Source of the DNA: Acidimicrobiia bacterium | GTDB lineage: Bacteria > Actinomycetota > Acidimicrobiia > Acidimicrobiales > AC-14 | Reading direction: 5' to 3' | Assembly: GCA_023265045.1 (NCBI GenBank) | Contig: JAHFUQ010000003.1 | Coordinates: 30,995 to 94,994, forward strand | DNA length: 64,000 bases | Shown here: positions 1 to 11,371 of the stretch, in pieces | How the letters are laid out: each line of letters starts with the position of its first letter | Position numbering within the stretch: the stretch's first letter is position 1 | Translations under genes and position numbers: made by a program | The notes under the pieces: model-generated | What the model saw: only the letters and a program-made list of their open reading frames with translations | Database searches by the model: none | What the model was told of the DNA's origin: nothing

Positions 1-1
1 C

Positions 2-568
2 GGCTTCCTGCTCTACGTCCTGCTCGACGTGCTCGTCGACGGGTACTTCGGCGCCGTCGACGCCGTCGAGGACCAGCTCGAGGACCTGGAGGACCAGATC
101 TTCGCCGAACGGCTCGCCGACGAGCAGGCCATGCAGAAGGCCCTGTTCGGCGTGCGCCGACGGCTGGTGCTGTTCCGGCGGGCGGTCGTGCCCCTACGCG
201 AGGTCGTGTCGTCGCTTCTCCGGGGCGAGGTGAAGTGGATCGACGAGCACACCGTCACCTACCTCCAAGACGTCTACGACCACGTCCTGCGGGCGGTCGA
301 CCAGGTCGACGCCCAGCGCGAACTGCTCGGCAACGCCGTCGACGCCCACTTGGCCATCATCTCGAACAAGATGAACCAGGTGATGAAGACGATGACCTCG
401 GGCGGCGCCATCCTGCTCCTTTCCACCCTCGTCGCCGGGATCTACGGGATGAACTTCGACCACATGCCCGAGCTGCACTGGCGCTACGGGTACGCCTACG
501 CCCTGGGGCTCATGGTCCTGATCACGGTCTTCGGCTTCCGCTACTTCCGCAGGAAGAACTGGCTGTGA
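2..568 (+). CDS. corA: Mg2+/Co2+ transporter CorA, C-terminal part (5' end outside window)
   Basis: Frame is open from the window edge. YGMNFDHMPEL (GMN signature) is followed by two C-terminal TM helices. Confidence 0.85.
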   Translation, partial: GFLLYVLLDVLVDGYFGAVDAVEDQLEDLEDQIFAERLADEQAMQKALFGVRRRLVLFRRAVVPLREVVSSLLRGEVKWIDEHTVTYLQDVYDHVLRAVDQVDAQRELLGNAVDAHLAIISNKMNQVMKTMTSGGAILLLSTLVAGIYGMNFDHMPELHWRYGYAYALGLMVLITVFGFRYFRRKNWL

Positions 569-1674
569 CGGCGACCGACAGTCAGGTGTGCACCCGCCAC
601 GGCACGCCCACCCGCCTGACCTGCGCCGCGTGCGCCACGCCGATCTGCCCCGAGTGCCTGGTGCGGACGCCCGTCGGCATGAAGTGCCCCGAGCACGCTG
701 AGGCCGTGCCCGTCCCGACGATCAAGCCGCCCCGGTCCCGTAAGAACCTGCTCATTGTGGTCTTCGCCCTCATGGCGGTCGTCGGCGGCGGCATCGCCCT
801 GGTGGCCAGCCTCGGCGGGAGCGAGAGCGGAGACTCGACCGGGCCCGCCCCGGTCGGGCTCCCGTCGCCCGACAAGATCCGCACGCCCCAGGTCGCCATC
901 ATGGACGCCGACGGCGCCAACAAGCGCCTCCTCACCAACCGGCCGCTGGCCTTCGACGCCGCCCCGGCCTGGTCGCCGGACGGCGCCCGCATCGCCTTCG
1001 AGAGCCAGCTCGACGGGAAACGCTCGATCTGGGTCATGCAGTCCAACGGCGAGGGCATCCGGCGCATCACCGAGGGAACGGGTTCGGACAGCGCCCCCGC
1101 ATGGTCGCCCGACGGCACGCGCATCGCCTTCATGAGCGACCGGGACGGCAACTCGGAGGTCTACGTCATGAACGGCGACGGGTCGGCCGTCCGGCGTCTG
1201 ACCACCCAACCGGGCCAGGACGGGTACCCGGCGTGGTCGCCGGACGGGTCGCGCCTGGCGTTCGTCAGCGATCGCGACGGGGGGCCGAAGATCTGGACCA
1301 TGGCCCCCGACGGCACGGGAGCAAGCCGGTTCCTCGACCTCCCGGCCGCGGCCGCCCGCCCCGCTTACTCGCGCGACGGCAAGCGCATCGCGTTCAGCAC
1401 GGACAAGGACGGCAGCCCGGACATCTACGCGGCCAACGTCGACGGAACGGGACTCACCAAGCTGGCGGCGTCCCCGTCGGCCGACGGCGAGCCCGCGTTC
1501 TCCCCCACCGGCACGGAGATCGTCTTCGCCAGCGACCGCGACGGCGCCCCGGCCATCTACGTCATGGCCGCCGACGGCAGCAACGTCCGCAAGCTCACGA
1601 CCGGCCCGCGGGGCTTCACCCCCGCCTGGTCGCCGGACGGCAAGAGCATCCTCTACATCAGCGACGCGGGCTAA
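565..1674 (+). CDS. TolB-like beta-propeller protein with N-terminal Cys/His zinc-ribbon and one TM helix
   Basis: GTG 565 overlaps the corA stop (GTGA). A CTRHG..CAAC..CPEC..CPEH cluster and TM helix LLIVVFALMAVVGGGIALV are followed by about 7 PD40 repeats (PAWSPDGxRIAFxSDRDGxxxxYVM). Confidence 0.8.
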   Translation: MTATDSQVCTRHGTPTRLTCAACATPICPECLVRTPVGMKCPEHAEAVPVPTIKPPRSRKNLLIVVFALMAVVGGGIALVASLGGSESGDSTGPAPVGLPSPDKIRTPQVAIMDADGANKRLLTNRPLAFDAAPAWSPDGARIAFESQLDGKRSIWVMQSNGEGIRRITEGTGSDSAPAWSPDGTRIAFMSDRDGNSEVYVMNGDGSAVRRLTTQPGQDGYPAWSPDGSRLAFVSDRDGGPKIWTMAPDGTGASRFLDLPAAAARPAYSRDGKRIAFSTDKDGSPDIYAANVDGTGLTKLAASPSADGEPAFSPTGTEIVFASDRDGAPAIYVMAADGSNVRKLTTGPRGFTPAWSPDGKSILYISDAG

Positions 1675-2303
1675 GAGCCGCCCTGAAGGCCGGACTCGAT
1701 GACCAAGGCGTGGTCGGTCAGCGCCCGGGCGGACGCGTCGAACGACTCCCGGTCGGCGATGGCGCGGGCGGCCGAGGCGGTCGCTCGCTGGACCGTCGCC
1801 GGCAGCAAGGGGTGGGCGGCCAGCTTTCCGAGCCGCCGCTCGGCGGTCGCCCGTTCGTGCTCGAGCGACTCGGCCTGGACGCGCAGCAGGACGTGATCCG
1901 GCGCCGCCTCGCGGAGCCGCCACACGATGGCCAGCGCGTCGAGGGTGGCCATGCCCTCCCCGAGCACGTGGCCCAGCAGGTGGGCGACGGACCCAGCCGA
2001 GCCCGCCGCCAACACCGCGTCGGCGGTGGCGAACACCGACTCGACCCAGCCCGCGTACTCCGTCGCGTCCGCCGGCCGGTCCGGCGCGGGCGCCCCGAGG
2101 GCGGCCAGCGCGTCGGCGGTGCGGTCCAGCCGCGCCAGTGCGTCGTCGCGGCGGCGGACTACCTCGTCGCTCTCCTGGCCGATCCGGTGGGCCAGCTCGC
2201 CCTCGGCCCCCCGGGCCGCCTCCGCCAGCAACGCCAACCCGCTGTAGTACGGGCTGGCAGCCGAGGGTGCGTATCCGGCGACGAAGGCGTCCCGCATGGT
2301 CAT
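1671..2303 (-). CDS. Hypothetical all-helical protein (210 aa)
   Basis: ATG 2303 overlaps the stop of the upstream gene (ATGA). Ala/Leu-rich product with high GC3. No family recognised by eye. Confidence 0.55.
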   Translation of the reverse strand: MTMRDAFVAGYAPSAASPYYSGLALLAEAARGAEGELAHRIGQESDEVVRRRDDALARLDRTADALAALGAPAPDRPADATEYAGWVESVFATADAVLAAGSAGSVAHLLGHVLGEGMATLDALAIVWRLREAAPDHVLLRVQAESLEHERATAERRLGKLAAHPLLPATVQRATASAARAIADRESFDASARALTDHALVIESGLQGGS

Positions 2304-2935
2304 CGCGCCACCGCCACCCCGGCCGGCCGGGTTGCGAGCCAGGCGACGGCGACGACGCCTCCGATCAGGTCGAAAACGAGGTCCCACCCGGTGTTGACGT
2401 AGCCGCCGACGTTGGTGTGCGGCAGGAGCAGCGTGGCGAAGAACTCGACGATCTCGTTCACGGCGCCCACGCCCAGCCCAGCCAGCACCACGATGACCGC
2501 GACGGGCCGCGTGACGGCCGGCCGGGGGAGGAGCCGCAGCATGACCCGGCCGCACGCCAGCGTGGCGAAGCCGAACCCGAAGGCGTGGACGAGGCGGTCG
2601 AAGTGCAGCAGCTCGATCGGCAGCACGGCGTTGTACAGCGTGCGGTCGCCGTCGAGGGGGATGACGCCGCCGGCCATGTGGCCGGCGCCCCAGATCGACA
2701 GCCCCCAGAGGGTGCTGGTCCCCAGGTCGTACCGGAGGTCGAGCCGGCAGACGAGAACGATCAGCAAAGCGATCAAGACCGCGTAGGGCACGGCCACGTC
2801 GCTGCCGATCGCCACTCCATAGACCGCGAAGAACCCCAGGTAGGCGACGGTGAACGCGGCCAGGGCCGGGTGGGCGCGTACGACGGTCCGCATGGCCTCG
2901 CCAGCGTAAACAAGGGCTGTGATCATCGTTGCCAT
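2300..2935 (-). CDS. Integral membrane protein (about 6 TM; DUF2238/YjdF-like is only a guess)
   Basis: ATG 2935. Hydrophobic helices FFAVYGVAIG, VLIALLIVLV, VIVVLAGLGVGAV, GGVVAVAWLA. Confidence 0.6.
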   Translation of the reverse strand: MATMITALVYAGEAMRTVVRAHPALAAFTVAYLGFFAVYGVAIGSDVAVPYAVLIALLIVLVCRLDLRYDLGTSTLWGLSIWGAGHMAGGVIPLDGDRTLYNAVLPIELLHFDRLVHAFGFGFATLACGRVMLRLLPRPAVTRPVAVIVVLAGLGVGAVNEIVEFFATLLLPHTNVGGYVNTGWDLVFDLIGGVVAVAWLATRPAGVAVAR

Positions 2936-2985
2936 ATCGCGGCTTCGGTGTCACACTGCGCTGGAGAGAGGGACGAGGAGGGTTC

Positions 2986-3648
2986 ATGCCACGGGCTCGG
3001 GGCCGCCGTTTCGCTACGACGGTGGCGACGACGGTTGCGATGCTCGCGGTGCTCGGCCCCGCACTGTGGATGGCCAGCGCCTACGCGTGCACCAACCTCG
3101 CCACCATCTCGCTCAGCTCCGGCTTCGGCCACCCCGGCGAGCGCATCACCCTGATCGGGACGTCGTTCCCCGTGCCCCGGACCACGAGCACCACGCCCGC
3201 CACGCCGGTGGTCGTCCGGTGGAAGTCGATCGACGGACCGGTCATCGCCAACGCCGTCCCCGACCGCACCGGGACCATCTCGGCCACTTTCACCGTGCCG
3301 CAGAGCGACCCCGGCAACGTCGTCATCGTGGCCGTGCAACGCCGGGCGGTCGTCGACCCGGCCCAGCCCGACAACCCGCCCAGCCTCCTCATCGACGAGG
3401 CCGGCACCCCGGCCCGGGCCACCTTCCGGGTGCTCGCCAACGGTGAGTTCGCGCCCACCTCCGTCCCCTTCAGCCCCGTGCTCGCCACCGGCGAGGGCGA
3501 TGGCGGCTCGACCGCGCTGATCGTGCTGATGGTGCTGTTCGGCGCGGTGGCGATGTCGCTGTTCGCCGGGGGTGTGATCGCCTTCCTGCACCAGGTCCGC
3601 GCCGACCGCCCCGCGCCCGCCCCTCGGGCCGTCTGGCCGCCGTACTAG
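2986..3648 (+). CDS. Secreted protein with C-terminal membrane anchor, unknown function
   Basis: ATG 2986 is preceded by GGAGGAGG. Signal-like N-terminus (TTVAMLAVLGPALWMASAYA) and C-terminal TM helix (ALIVLMVLFGAVAMSLFAGGVIAF). Confidence 0.6.
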   Translation: MPRARGRRFATTVATTVAMLAVLGPALWMASAYACTNLATISLSSGFGHPGERITLIGTSFPVPRTTSTTPATPVVVRWKSIDGPVIANAVPDRTGTISATFTVPQSDPGNVVIVAVQRRAVVDPAQPDNPPSLLIDEAGTPARATFRVLANGEFAPTSVPFSPVLATGEGDGGSTALIVLMVLFGAVAMSLFAGGVIAFLHQVRADRPAPAPRAVWPPY

Positions 3649-3738
3649 TCGCCGCCAGGGCAGGTTCGGCGGGTTGACTACCGCCGGCGGTAGTGAAGAC
3701 GCCGAACCACACGTCGCGAGCGTCGCGAGCAGCGGCCG

Positions 3739-4974
3739 CTAACGGCGCGAGCCGCTGGGGAGCAGCTCGTCCTCCCCCGTCTCTTCGTCCTCGATGAGCT
3801 CGTAGCCGCCCAGTTCGGCCAGGAGGTGGTGGCCTTCGTCCGGCCCCGTGGCGATCAGCTCGTCGCCCGCTTGGAGCACGACGTTGGGGCGCGGCCGGTA
3901 CAGGTAGCGGCCGCCACGGCGGATCGCCAGCAGGTAGAAGCCGGTCTCGGTTTCGAGGCGCAGCTGGGCCAGTGACCGGCCGGCGGCAGGCGATCCGGCG
4001 GCCACCGGGACCCGCACGACCACCTCGTCGGCGTCGCCCAGGGCCAGCGCCAGCACGGGGTGCAGCTCCTCGCCCTCCTCCACGAGCCACACCATCTGCT
4101 GGGCCGCGTCGCCGATCTCCTCGGCGGCCTGGGCCAGATGCACGAGCCCCCGCAGCGGCGACGGGTCGACCCGCTCGTGGGCGGCGCGCAACACCCACAG
4201 CTCGAGCCGTTCCTGCATCTCGTCGAGCCGGTCCTCCAGATGGCTCACCTCGGCCGCCAGGCCATGGTCCCGCAGGACGAGGGCGGAGTAGGCCAGGCCG
4301 ACCGCCACCTCGGAGATGTTCTTCATCTCGACCAGCACGTCGATGGCCCGGTCGAGGTCGGACACCGCTGGTTCCTCGTCCAGCTGCGGCGGCGCCCACT
4401 CCGGAGCCCCGGCCAGCGCCCGCAGCTCGGCGATGCCTGCGGCCGTGCCTTGCAGGAACAGGACGTCGCCCGGCACGAGCACCTGGTCGCCCTCGACGTC
4501 GGTGATCCAGTCGTGCTCGCGGCGGATGGCGACCACCGTCATCCCCACCTCGACGGGCAGTTCGAGGTCGGCCAGGCCGCGGTGGGCCATCTGCGAGCCC
4601 TCGCGCACCCGCACCCGGTGGGAGATCTCCTCCGCCGCCGAAAGGTCGGCGACGAGCGCCCGCGGAATGCCCAGCCGACGCGTGACGATGCGGCCGATGT
4701 CGACGGCGGCGTTGCCCATCCTCTCGATGGCCCCGACGACCTGCAGCACCGACGCCATGGCGTCGGCGTCCCGCGGCGACCGGGCCGCCAGCACGCAGAC
4801 GGCGCGCATCTCGTGCACGAGGTCGGACAGGCGCGTCTCCAACTCGTCGACTTCCTCGGCCATGTCGGGATCGCCGAAGTACACCGACGCGTAGGCGAGA
4901 TCGATCATGAGCTCGGAGGTGTCCTTCGCCTCCGACAGCATCGCCTTGAGATTTCGAGGTCTACCGTCGTCCAT
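3739..4974 (-). CDS. PhoU / TrkA-C (RCK_C) domain regulatory protein associated with cation transport
   Basis: Two PhoU-like helical segments (NLKAMLSEAKDTSELMIDLAYASV; EMKNISEVAVGLAYSAL) alternate with two TrkA-C-like segments (LADLELPVEVGMTVVAIRR; LAQLRLETETGFYLLAIRR). Lies immediately downstream of the MgtE-like gene. Alternative TTG start at 5010. Confidence 0.7.
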   Translation of the reverse strand: MDDGRPRNLKAMLSEAKDTSELMIDLAYASVYFGDPDMAEEVDELETRLSDLVHEMRAVCVLAARSPRDADAMASVLQVVGAIERMGNAAVDIGRIVTRRLGIPRALVADLSAAEEISHRVRVREGSQMAHRGLADLELPVEVGMTVVAIRREHDWITDVEGDQVLVPGDVLFLQGTAAGIAELRALAGAPEWAPPQLDEEPAVSDLDRAIDVLVEMKNISEVAVGLAYSALVLRDHGLAAEVSHLEDRLDEMQERLELWVLRAAHERVDPSPLRGLVHLAQAAEEIGDAAQQMVWLVEEGEELHPVLALALGDADEVVVRVPVAAGSPAAGRSLAQLRLETETGFYLLAIRRGGRYLYRPRPNVVLQAGDELIATGPDEGHHLLAELGGYELIEDEETGEDELLPSGSRR

Positions 4975-5022
4975 GGGGACAAGCCCAATGTAGCGGCCGG
5001 GCACGGGCAAACTGCGCCGCGT

Positions 5023-6258
5023 TCACCCGATGCCCACCAGCACGATGGCGAGGATGAGGGCGAAGGCGCCGATCAGGTCCATGGACGACGTGATGAGCGG
5101 GATGCCGTGGTTGTCAGGGTCGAGGCCCAGGCGGTAGGACGCGATGGCGCCGTAGTAGGCGATGACGACGGCGAAGCTGGTGGCCAGGAACCCGCCGATG
5201 AGCGAGACGGCGACCATGCGCACCACGCCGGGCGTCGCCAGCCCGGCGACGGTGGCGGCGATGTCGGCGGACACGGCGACGAGCACGAACACGGGCGCGG
5301 CGAAGAAGAACGTGAGCCAGAAGTCGCCACGCGCCGCCCGTTGCGGCACGTTGCGGGGCTCGATCAGGCCGAGGTGCAGCTTGCTGGCGAGGCGGCTCGA
5401 GAGGATGCCGCCGAGGGCGCCGGTGTCCTCAAGGAAGGGCGGCACGAGCACGAGCAACCCGGGGAAAACGAGGAACGACGCCAGCCGCTTCTCGATCGTC
5501 ACCCCGGCGAGCACGTCGACGGTCCCCGCCACGAGCAGCACCGGCGCCGACTCGCGGACAATCCGGCGCAGGAGGGGCAGCCCGGCCCGCAAGGCGGCCA
5601 CGAACGCCGCCGCCGAAAGCGTCGCCGTGGCCAGCGCGAGCAAAGGCGAGACCCAGTTCACGCCGATGAGGTAGGTGGCGAGGAAGAGCGAGGGCAGCGT
5701 CACGATGTCCCCCGCGGCGGTGACGAGCGGGGCGGCCACGTTGTCCAGATCCCACCCCTTGGACACCGAGCGGGCGGCCACGGCCAGCGTGAGGACCAGC
5801 ACCACGACCGACGACAGCGCGCCGCCGACCACCGAGATGACGACGAAGTCGACCACCGAGATGGTGTTGGGCACGCCGAAGGCCACCGCCACCGCCTTGG
5901 CCAGTACGGCCAGCGCCAGCGAGATCGACAGTGTCAGGGCGCACGAGGCGAGGATGTTCTGGCCGACGACGGTGTCGCGCCGGCGGGAGACCCGGAACGT
6001 GCCGGCGTGGATGGTGGTGCCGAGGCGGCTGCCCAGGGCCCCGAAGATGTTGCCCCGCATGCCGATGGCGGCGGGCACGAGGACCAGAAGCCCCGGCAAG
6101 TGCTCGAGGGTATGGGTGATGGCGCCGAGGGTCAGCCCGGCGAGGAGGTCACCGCCCGAGGAGACGAGGAGCGCGGCCAAGCCCTGCCGCACGGTTGCGG
6201 CATCCGACCCCAGCCGCGCGCCGAAGCGCGCGCCGACACGGCGCAGGCGACGGGCCAT
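5023..6258 (-). CDS. MgtE/SLC41-type divalent cation transporter (membrane domains only)
   Basis: 411-aa polytopic membrane protein with two repeated halves carrying PLVTAAGDIVTLP / PLITSSMDLIGAF motifs. Confidence 0.7.
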   Translation of the reverse strand: MARRLRRVGARFGARLGSDAATVRQGLAALLVSSGGDLLAGLTLGAITHTLEHLPGLLVLVPAAIGMRGNIFGALGSRLGTTIHAGTFRVSRRRDTVVGQNILASCALTLSISLALAVLAKAVAVAFGVPNTISVVDFVVISVVGGALSSVVVLVLTLAVAARSVSKGWDLDNVAAPLVTAAGDIVTLPSLFLATYLIGVNWVSPLLALATATLSAAAFVAALRAGLPLLRRIVRESAPVLLVAGTVDVLAGVTIEKRLASFLVFPGLLVLVPPFLEDTGALGGILSSRLASKLHLGLIEPRNVPQRAARGDFWLTFFFAAPVFVLVAVSADIAATVAGLATPGVVRMVAVSLIGGFLATSFAVVIAYYGAIASYRLGLDPDNHGIPLITSSMDLIGAFALILAIVLVGIG

Positions 6259-6349
6259 GGGCGACTCGGAGGTTCCATCGGTTGATCTCCCGGGCCAAAA
6301 CGGCGGTGATCTTACGCTTCAACTGCCGCCGGCGTCGCGCTCAATCGGG

Positions 6350-6760
6350 TCATCGGTGCTGGTCAGGGCCAGCCCGCTCGAGGGTGATCTGCACCATGAC
6401 CCGTTCCTGCTCGGCCATCGCCCGGCGGTAGTCGTCCCAGTCGGGGTGCTCGCCCGAGATGCCCCGGTAGTAGTCGACCAGCGGCTCCATGGCGTCGGGC
6501 ATCGAGAGGACCGCGGCCGTGCCCTCCACCTGGATCCACTGCCCCGAGAGCCCGTCGCTGAGGATGAGCAGCGAGACGTACGGGTCGCGCCGCAGGTTGC
6601 GCACCTTGAAGGCGTGCTCACGGCTGCTGACCACGACCCGACCCTCGCCGTCGACGCCCGCCCCGACGGGCGTCATCTGGACGCCGCCGCTCTTCTTGCG
6701 GGTGGCGAGGACGGCGCCGTGGTGCTCGCGTATGAAGGCGCGCGCCTCGTCCAGGTCCAC
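6350..6760 (-). CDS. PPOX-class (pyridoxamine 5'-phosphate oxidase family, probably F420-dependent) protein
   Basis: GTG 6760 lies 2 nt after the CHRD gene stop. 136 aa with a split-barrel-like pattern (GAVLATRKKSGGVQMTPV..VVVSSREHAFKVRNLRRDPYVSLLI). Confidence 0.7.
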   Translation of the reverse strand: MDLDEARAFIREHHGAVLATRKKSGGVQMTPVGAGVDGEGRVVVSSREHAFKVRNLRRDPYVSLLILSDGLSGQWIQVEGTAAVLSMPDAMEPLVDYYRGISGEHPDWDDYRRAMAEQERVMVQITLERAGPDQHR

Positions 6761-6762
6761 CG

Positions 6763-7215
6763 CTACGTCGCCTGCAGCTGGCCGCGGAGGGCGCCAGCGG
6801 GGTAGGTCGGCGTGCTGTGGAGGTTGATGTAGTACTGGCTCGGGTTGGCGGCGATGTTGTCGAGCAGCGCCTCGTTGGCGACTGTTACGCACTGGAAGGT
6901 GCGGGTGGCGCCGGGCGCCGGCACGGCGAAGGGGACCACGACCGGGCCGGGGTCGGTCGGCGGCGCAAAGTGGATGTGGAGACCGCTCGGGGTCCCGTCG
7001 ACGTTGCTCCACCGCAGGGACAGGCACAGCATGTTGGAATCGTCGTCGATGAAGATGACTGCCCGCCCGGTGGCGTCCGGATCGCCGGGGCCCGGTCGTT
7101 CGTTGGCGCCGTTCAGGATGGCCGTGATGATGGCGTCGTCGGCCTGGGCCGGGCCAATGCCGGCGAACAACGCGGCAACGAAAACCATCAGGGCAGCAAG
7201 GGCGAACTTCCGCAT
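6763..7215 (-). CDS. Secreted CHRD domain protein
   Basis: Signal peptide MRKFALAALMVFVAALFAGIGPAQA, then LNGANERPGPGDPDATG..LHIHFAPP..NLHSTPTYPAGALRGQL typical of CHRD. Confidence 0.7.
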   Translation of the reverse strand: MRKFALAALMVFVAALFAGIGPAQADDAIITAILNGANERPGPGDPDATGRAVIFIDDDSNMLCLSLRWSNVDGTPSGLHIHFAPPTDPGPVVVPFAVPAPGATRTFQCVTVANEALLDNIAANPSQYYINLHSTPTYPAGALRGQLQAT

Positions 7216-7253
7216 CGTTGACGTACCTCCGCGCTGGTGTCTGGCGGCGCAGC

Positions 7254-9626
7254 TTACGCCCGCGACAGCTCGACGAGGACGGCCCGCTCGACTTCGCGCC
7301 GGTGGTCGGCGTCGGTGAGCTTCCCGCCGGCGGCGTCGACCACGTAGAAAGCGTCCACCACCTCGTGGCCGAGCGACGCGACCTTGGCATGGCGGATGTC
7401 CAGCTCGAGATCGGCCAGCGCCCGGGTGATCCGGTACAGCACGCCGACCTTGTCGGGCGCGTGCACCTCGATGACAGTGGCGTGGGCCGACGCCTCGTTG
7501 TCGACGGTGACCGACGTGCGCGCCGGCGCGGCCGCAGTCTGCTTCGAACGGCCTGCGTAGGCATGGGCCCGGTCCGCCAGCCGGGCCTCGAGGGACAGCC
7601 GGCCCGCGAGCACGCGCTGGACGTCGGCCTCGACCGCATCCCACTGGGGCTCGCCCCCGAACAACGGCGCCACCCGGAACTCCTCGACGGCCACGCCCTC
7701 GTCGCTCGACCACACCCGGGCCGCCAACACGTCCAGCGAATGCAGCGCGAGCGTCCCCGCGACGCGGCAGAACAGGCCGCGCCGGTCGGGCGCGGCGAGC
7801 ACGACGTGGGCGCCGTCGCCCTCGAGGACGATGTCGCCCCGCGCCGCCGCCCGCTCGATCAGCGCCTGCTGGGCGGCGGTGGGAAACTCGTCGGCCGCGT
7901 CGTCGTGCGGCACACCCGCGAGGGCCTTGCGGGCCCGCCCGACAAGGTCAGCGACCAACCCCGCCTTCCACGGGCTCCACGCCGCCGAACCGGTGGCCAG
8001 CGAGTCCGCCTCGGTCAGGGCGTGCAGCAGCTCGAGGACGCCGGTGTCGCCCACGGCCGCAGCCACCAGCTCGACGGTGGCCGGGTCCTGGACGTCGCGG
8101 CGGGTCGCGGCGTCGGCCAGCAGCAGGTGGTGGCGGACCAGCGTCGCCAGCACGGCGATGTCCTCCGCGGGAAAGCCCATGCGAGCCGCGATCGACTCAA
8201 CCACGGGGACGCCGGTCTCGCTGTGGTTACCGGGCTTGAAGCCCTTGCCGATGTCGTGCAGCCACGCCCCCAGCAGCAGCAGGTCGGGGCGGCGGACGCG
8301 CGCCGCCAGCGCCGCCGCGCCGGCCGCCGTCTCGCTGAGGTGCCGGTCGACGGTGAAGCGGTGGTAGGCGTTGCGCTGAGGCAGGCACCGGACGTGGACC
8401 CACTCGGGCACGAGGCGCACGAGGAGGCCCTTCTGGTCGAGGGCTTCGAGCACTTCGAGCGCCGCCGCGCCTGCCCCGAGCAGCCGGAGGAAGCTCCGGC
8501 GCGCTTCGTCGGGCCAGGGCTCGGGCAGCGCCGGCGCGGTGGGCGCGGCCAGGCGGCTCAGCGTGTTGCGCCCGATGCGGGTTTCCTGGGTGGCCGCGGC
8601 GGCCGCCGCCCGTAGCGCCAAGCCCGGGTCGGTGGACGGGTCGGCCCCGGGCGCCAGCTCGACCAGCCCGTCGCGCAGCACGAGCCCGGCGCCCAGCGGT
8701 TGGTCCTTGGTGGCGACGCGTCCCCCCGGGCCGGCGAGCAACGCGTCGATCCGCTGCCAGGTCTCGTCGCTCGTCCAAGCGATCGTCCGCGCCGCCGCGG
8801 CCACCCGGGCCATGAGGGCGTCGGCGTCGCGGTCCCCGAGGGCGGCCGCGACGGCGTCCTGCTCTTGGAGGAGGAGGCGGTCCGTCGCCTTCCCCGTCCG
8901 CCGGTGCAGCTCGACGCGCACCGCCAGGATCGTCTGGTAGGCGGCGTCGAGGGCCTCGTGGTCCTCCTCGAGCAGGATGCGCTGCGCCGCCTCGGCCCAG
9001 CGCAGCGCGTGGACGTCGCGCAGCCCGCCGCGGCCCTCCTTGAGGTCAGGCTCGAGGAGGAACGCCACCTCGCCCGCCTTGGCGTGCCGCTGCGCCACCG
9101 ATTCGGAGAGCGCAGCCAGCCACCTGGTCGACCGGGCCCGCCACTGCGCGCTGGCGCGCTCGCCCAGCTCGTCGGCCACGGCCGCGTCTCCTGCGATCAG
9201 GCGCACGTCGAGCAGGGCCGTCGCCGTGTCGAGGTCGTTGGCCGCCAGCGCCAGCGCCTCTTTGACCGTGCGCACGGCGTGGCCCAGTTTCACGCCCGCG
9301 TCCCAGACCGGGTACCAGATCCGCTCGGCCACCTTGGCCAGCTCCCGCCGGTCGCCGCGCCGCCCGCCGTCGATCAGGAGCAGGTCGACGTCGCTGCCCG
9401 GGCACAGTTCGGCCCGCCCGTACCCGCCCACGGCGACCAGGGCGACGCCGCGCGGCTGCGCCTCGCCGATCGCGCCGGCGTAGAGCCCCGCCAGCCATGC
9501 GTCGGTGGCGGCCGCGAGCGTGCGGCACAGATCGCCGCCGCGCAGCGACCCGTCGGCCCGGATGTTCAGAATCGTGTCAGGAACGGCGGCCGGCACATTC
9601 CATACTGCCGTGCGGCTGTCACCCAC
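7254..9626 (-). CDS. glnD: [Protein-PII] uridylyl/adenylyltransferase GlnD
   Basis: Nucleotidyltransferase motif GGYGRAELCPGSDVDLLL, HD motif LGAWLHDIGKG and two C-terminal ACT-like segments. Lies downstream of glnK. Confidence 0.9.
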   Translation of the reverse strand: MGDSRTAVWNVPAAVPDTILNIRADGSLRGGDLCRTLAAATDAWLAGLYAGAIGEAQPRGVALVAVGGYGRAELCPGSDVDLLLIDGGRRGDRRELAKVAERIWYPVWDAGVKLGHAVRTVKEALALAANDLDTATALLDVRLIAGDAAVADELGERASAQWRARSTRWLAALSESVAQRHAKAGEVAFLLEPDLKEGRGGLRDVHALRWAEAAQRILLEEDHEALDAAYQTILAVRVELHRRTGKATDRLLLQEQDAVAAALGDRDADALMARVAAAARTIAWTSDETWQRIDALLAGPGGRVATKDQPLGAGLVLRDGLVELAPGADPSTDPGLALRAAAAAATQETRIGRNTLSRLAAPTAPALPEPWPDEARRSFLRLLGAGAAALEVLEALDQKGLLVRLVPEWVHVRCLPQRNAYHRFTVDRHLSETAAGAAALAARVRRPDLLLLGAWLHDIGKGFKPGNHSETGVPVVESIAARMGFPAEDIAVLATLVRHHLLLADAATRRDVQDPATVELVAAAVGDTGVLELLHALTEADSLATGSAAWSPWKAGLVADLVGRARKALAGVPHDDAADEFPTAAQQALIERAAARGDIVLEGDGAHVVLAAPDRRGLFCRVAGTLALHSLDVLAARVWSSDEGVAVEEFRVAPLFGGEPQWDAVEADVQRVLAGRLSLEARLADRAHAYAGRSKQTAAAPARTSVTVDNEASAHATVIEVHAPDKVGVLYRITRALADLELDIRHAKVASLGHEVVDAFYVVDAAGGKLTDADHRREVERAVLVELSRA

Positions 9627-9635
9627 CGCGGGCGG

Positions 9636-11235
<1,600 letters not shown>

Positions 11236-11266
11236 CGCTCCCTCCCCCCGCTACGGATGTGAGGGG

Positions 11267-11309
11267 CGAAAGCTACCGGAAATCAAATCGAAAGGCACGG
11301 GTCAGAAAG
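11267..11309 (-). promoter_or_regulatory. Candidate nitrogen-regulator (GlnR-type) operator upstream of amtB: phased GAAA half-sites
   Basis: cGAAAg at 11267, gGAAAt at 11278 and cGAAAg at 11289 (11-bp phasing), plus aGAAAg at 11304. These lie 32-75 nt upstream of the amtB ATG. Assignment is by analogy only. Confidence 0.25.
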
Positions 11310-11371
11310 GCGGGCGGGTATCAACCGGGCGTCCCGACGACTCAAAGCGTCGAAAGGATGAAAGGACCTCC

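Noticed and set aside
541-1923. Long antisense or alternative-frame ORFs in the track, for example 541-1923(-), 4060-6285(+), 7218-8615(+), 16522-18657(+), 29386-30579(-, 5' part), 43028-44503(+), 58382-61258(+).
   Set aside because: Their products are Arg/Pro/Gly/Ala-rich low-complexity strings. They fully overlap genes with clear family signatures. They are the shadow frames expected in ~72% GC DNA.
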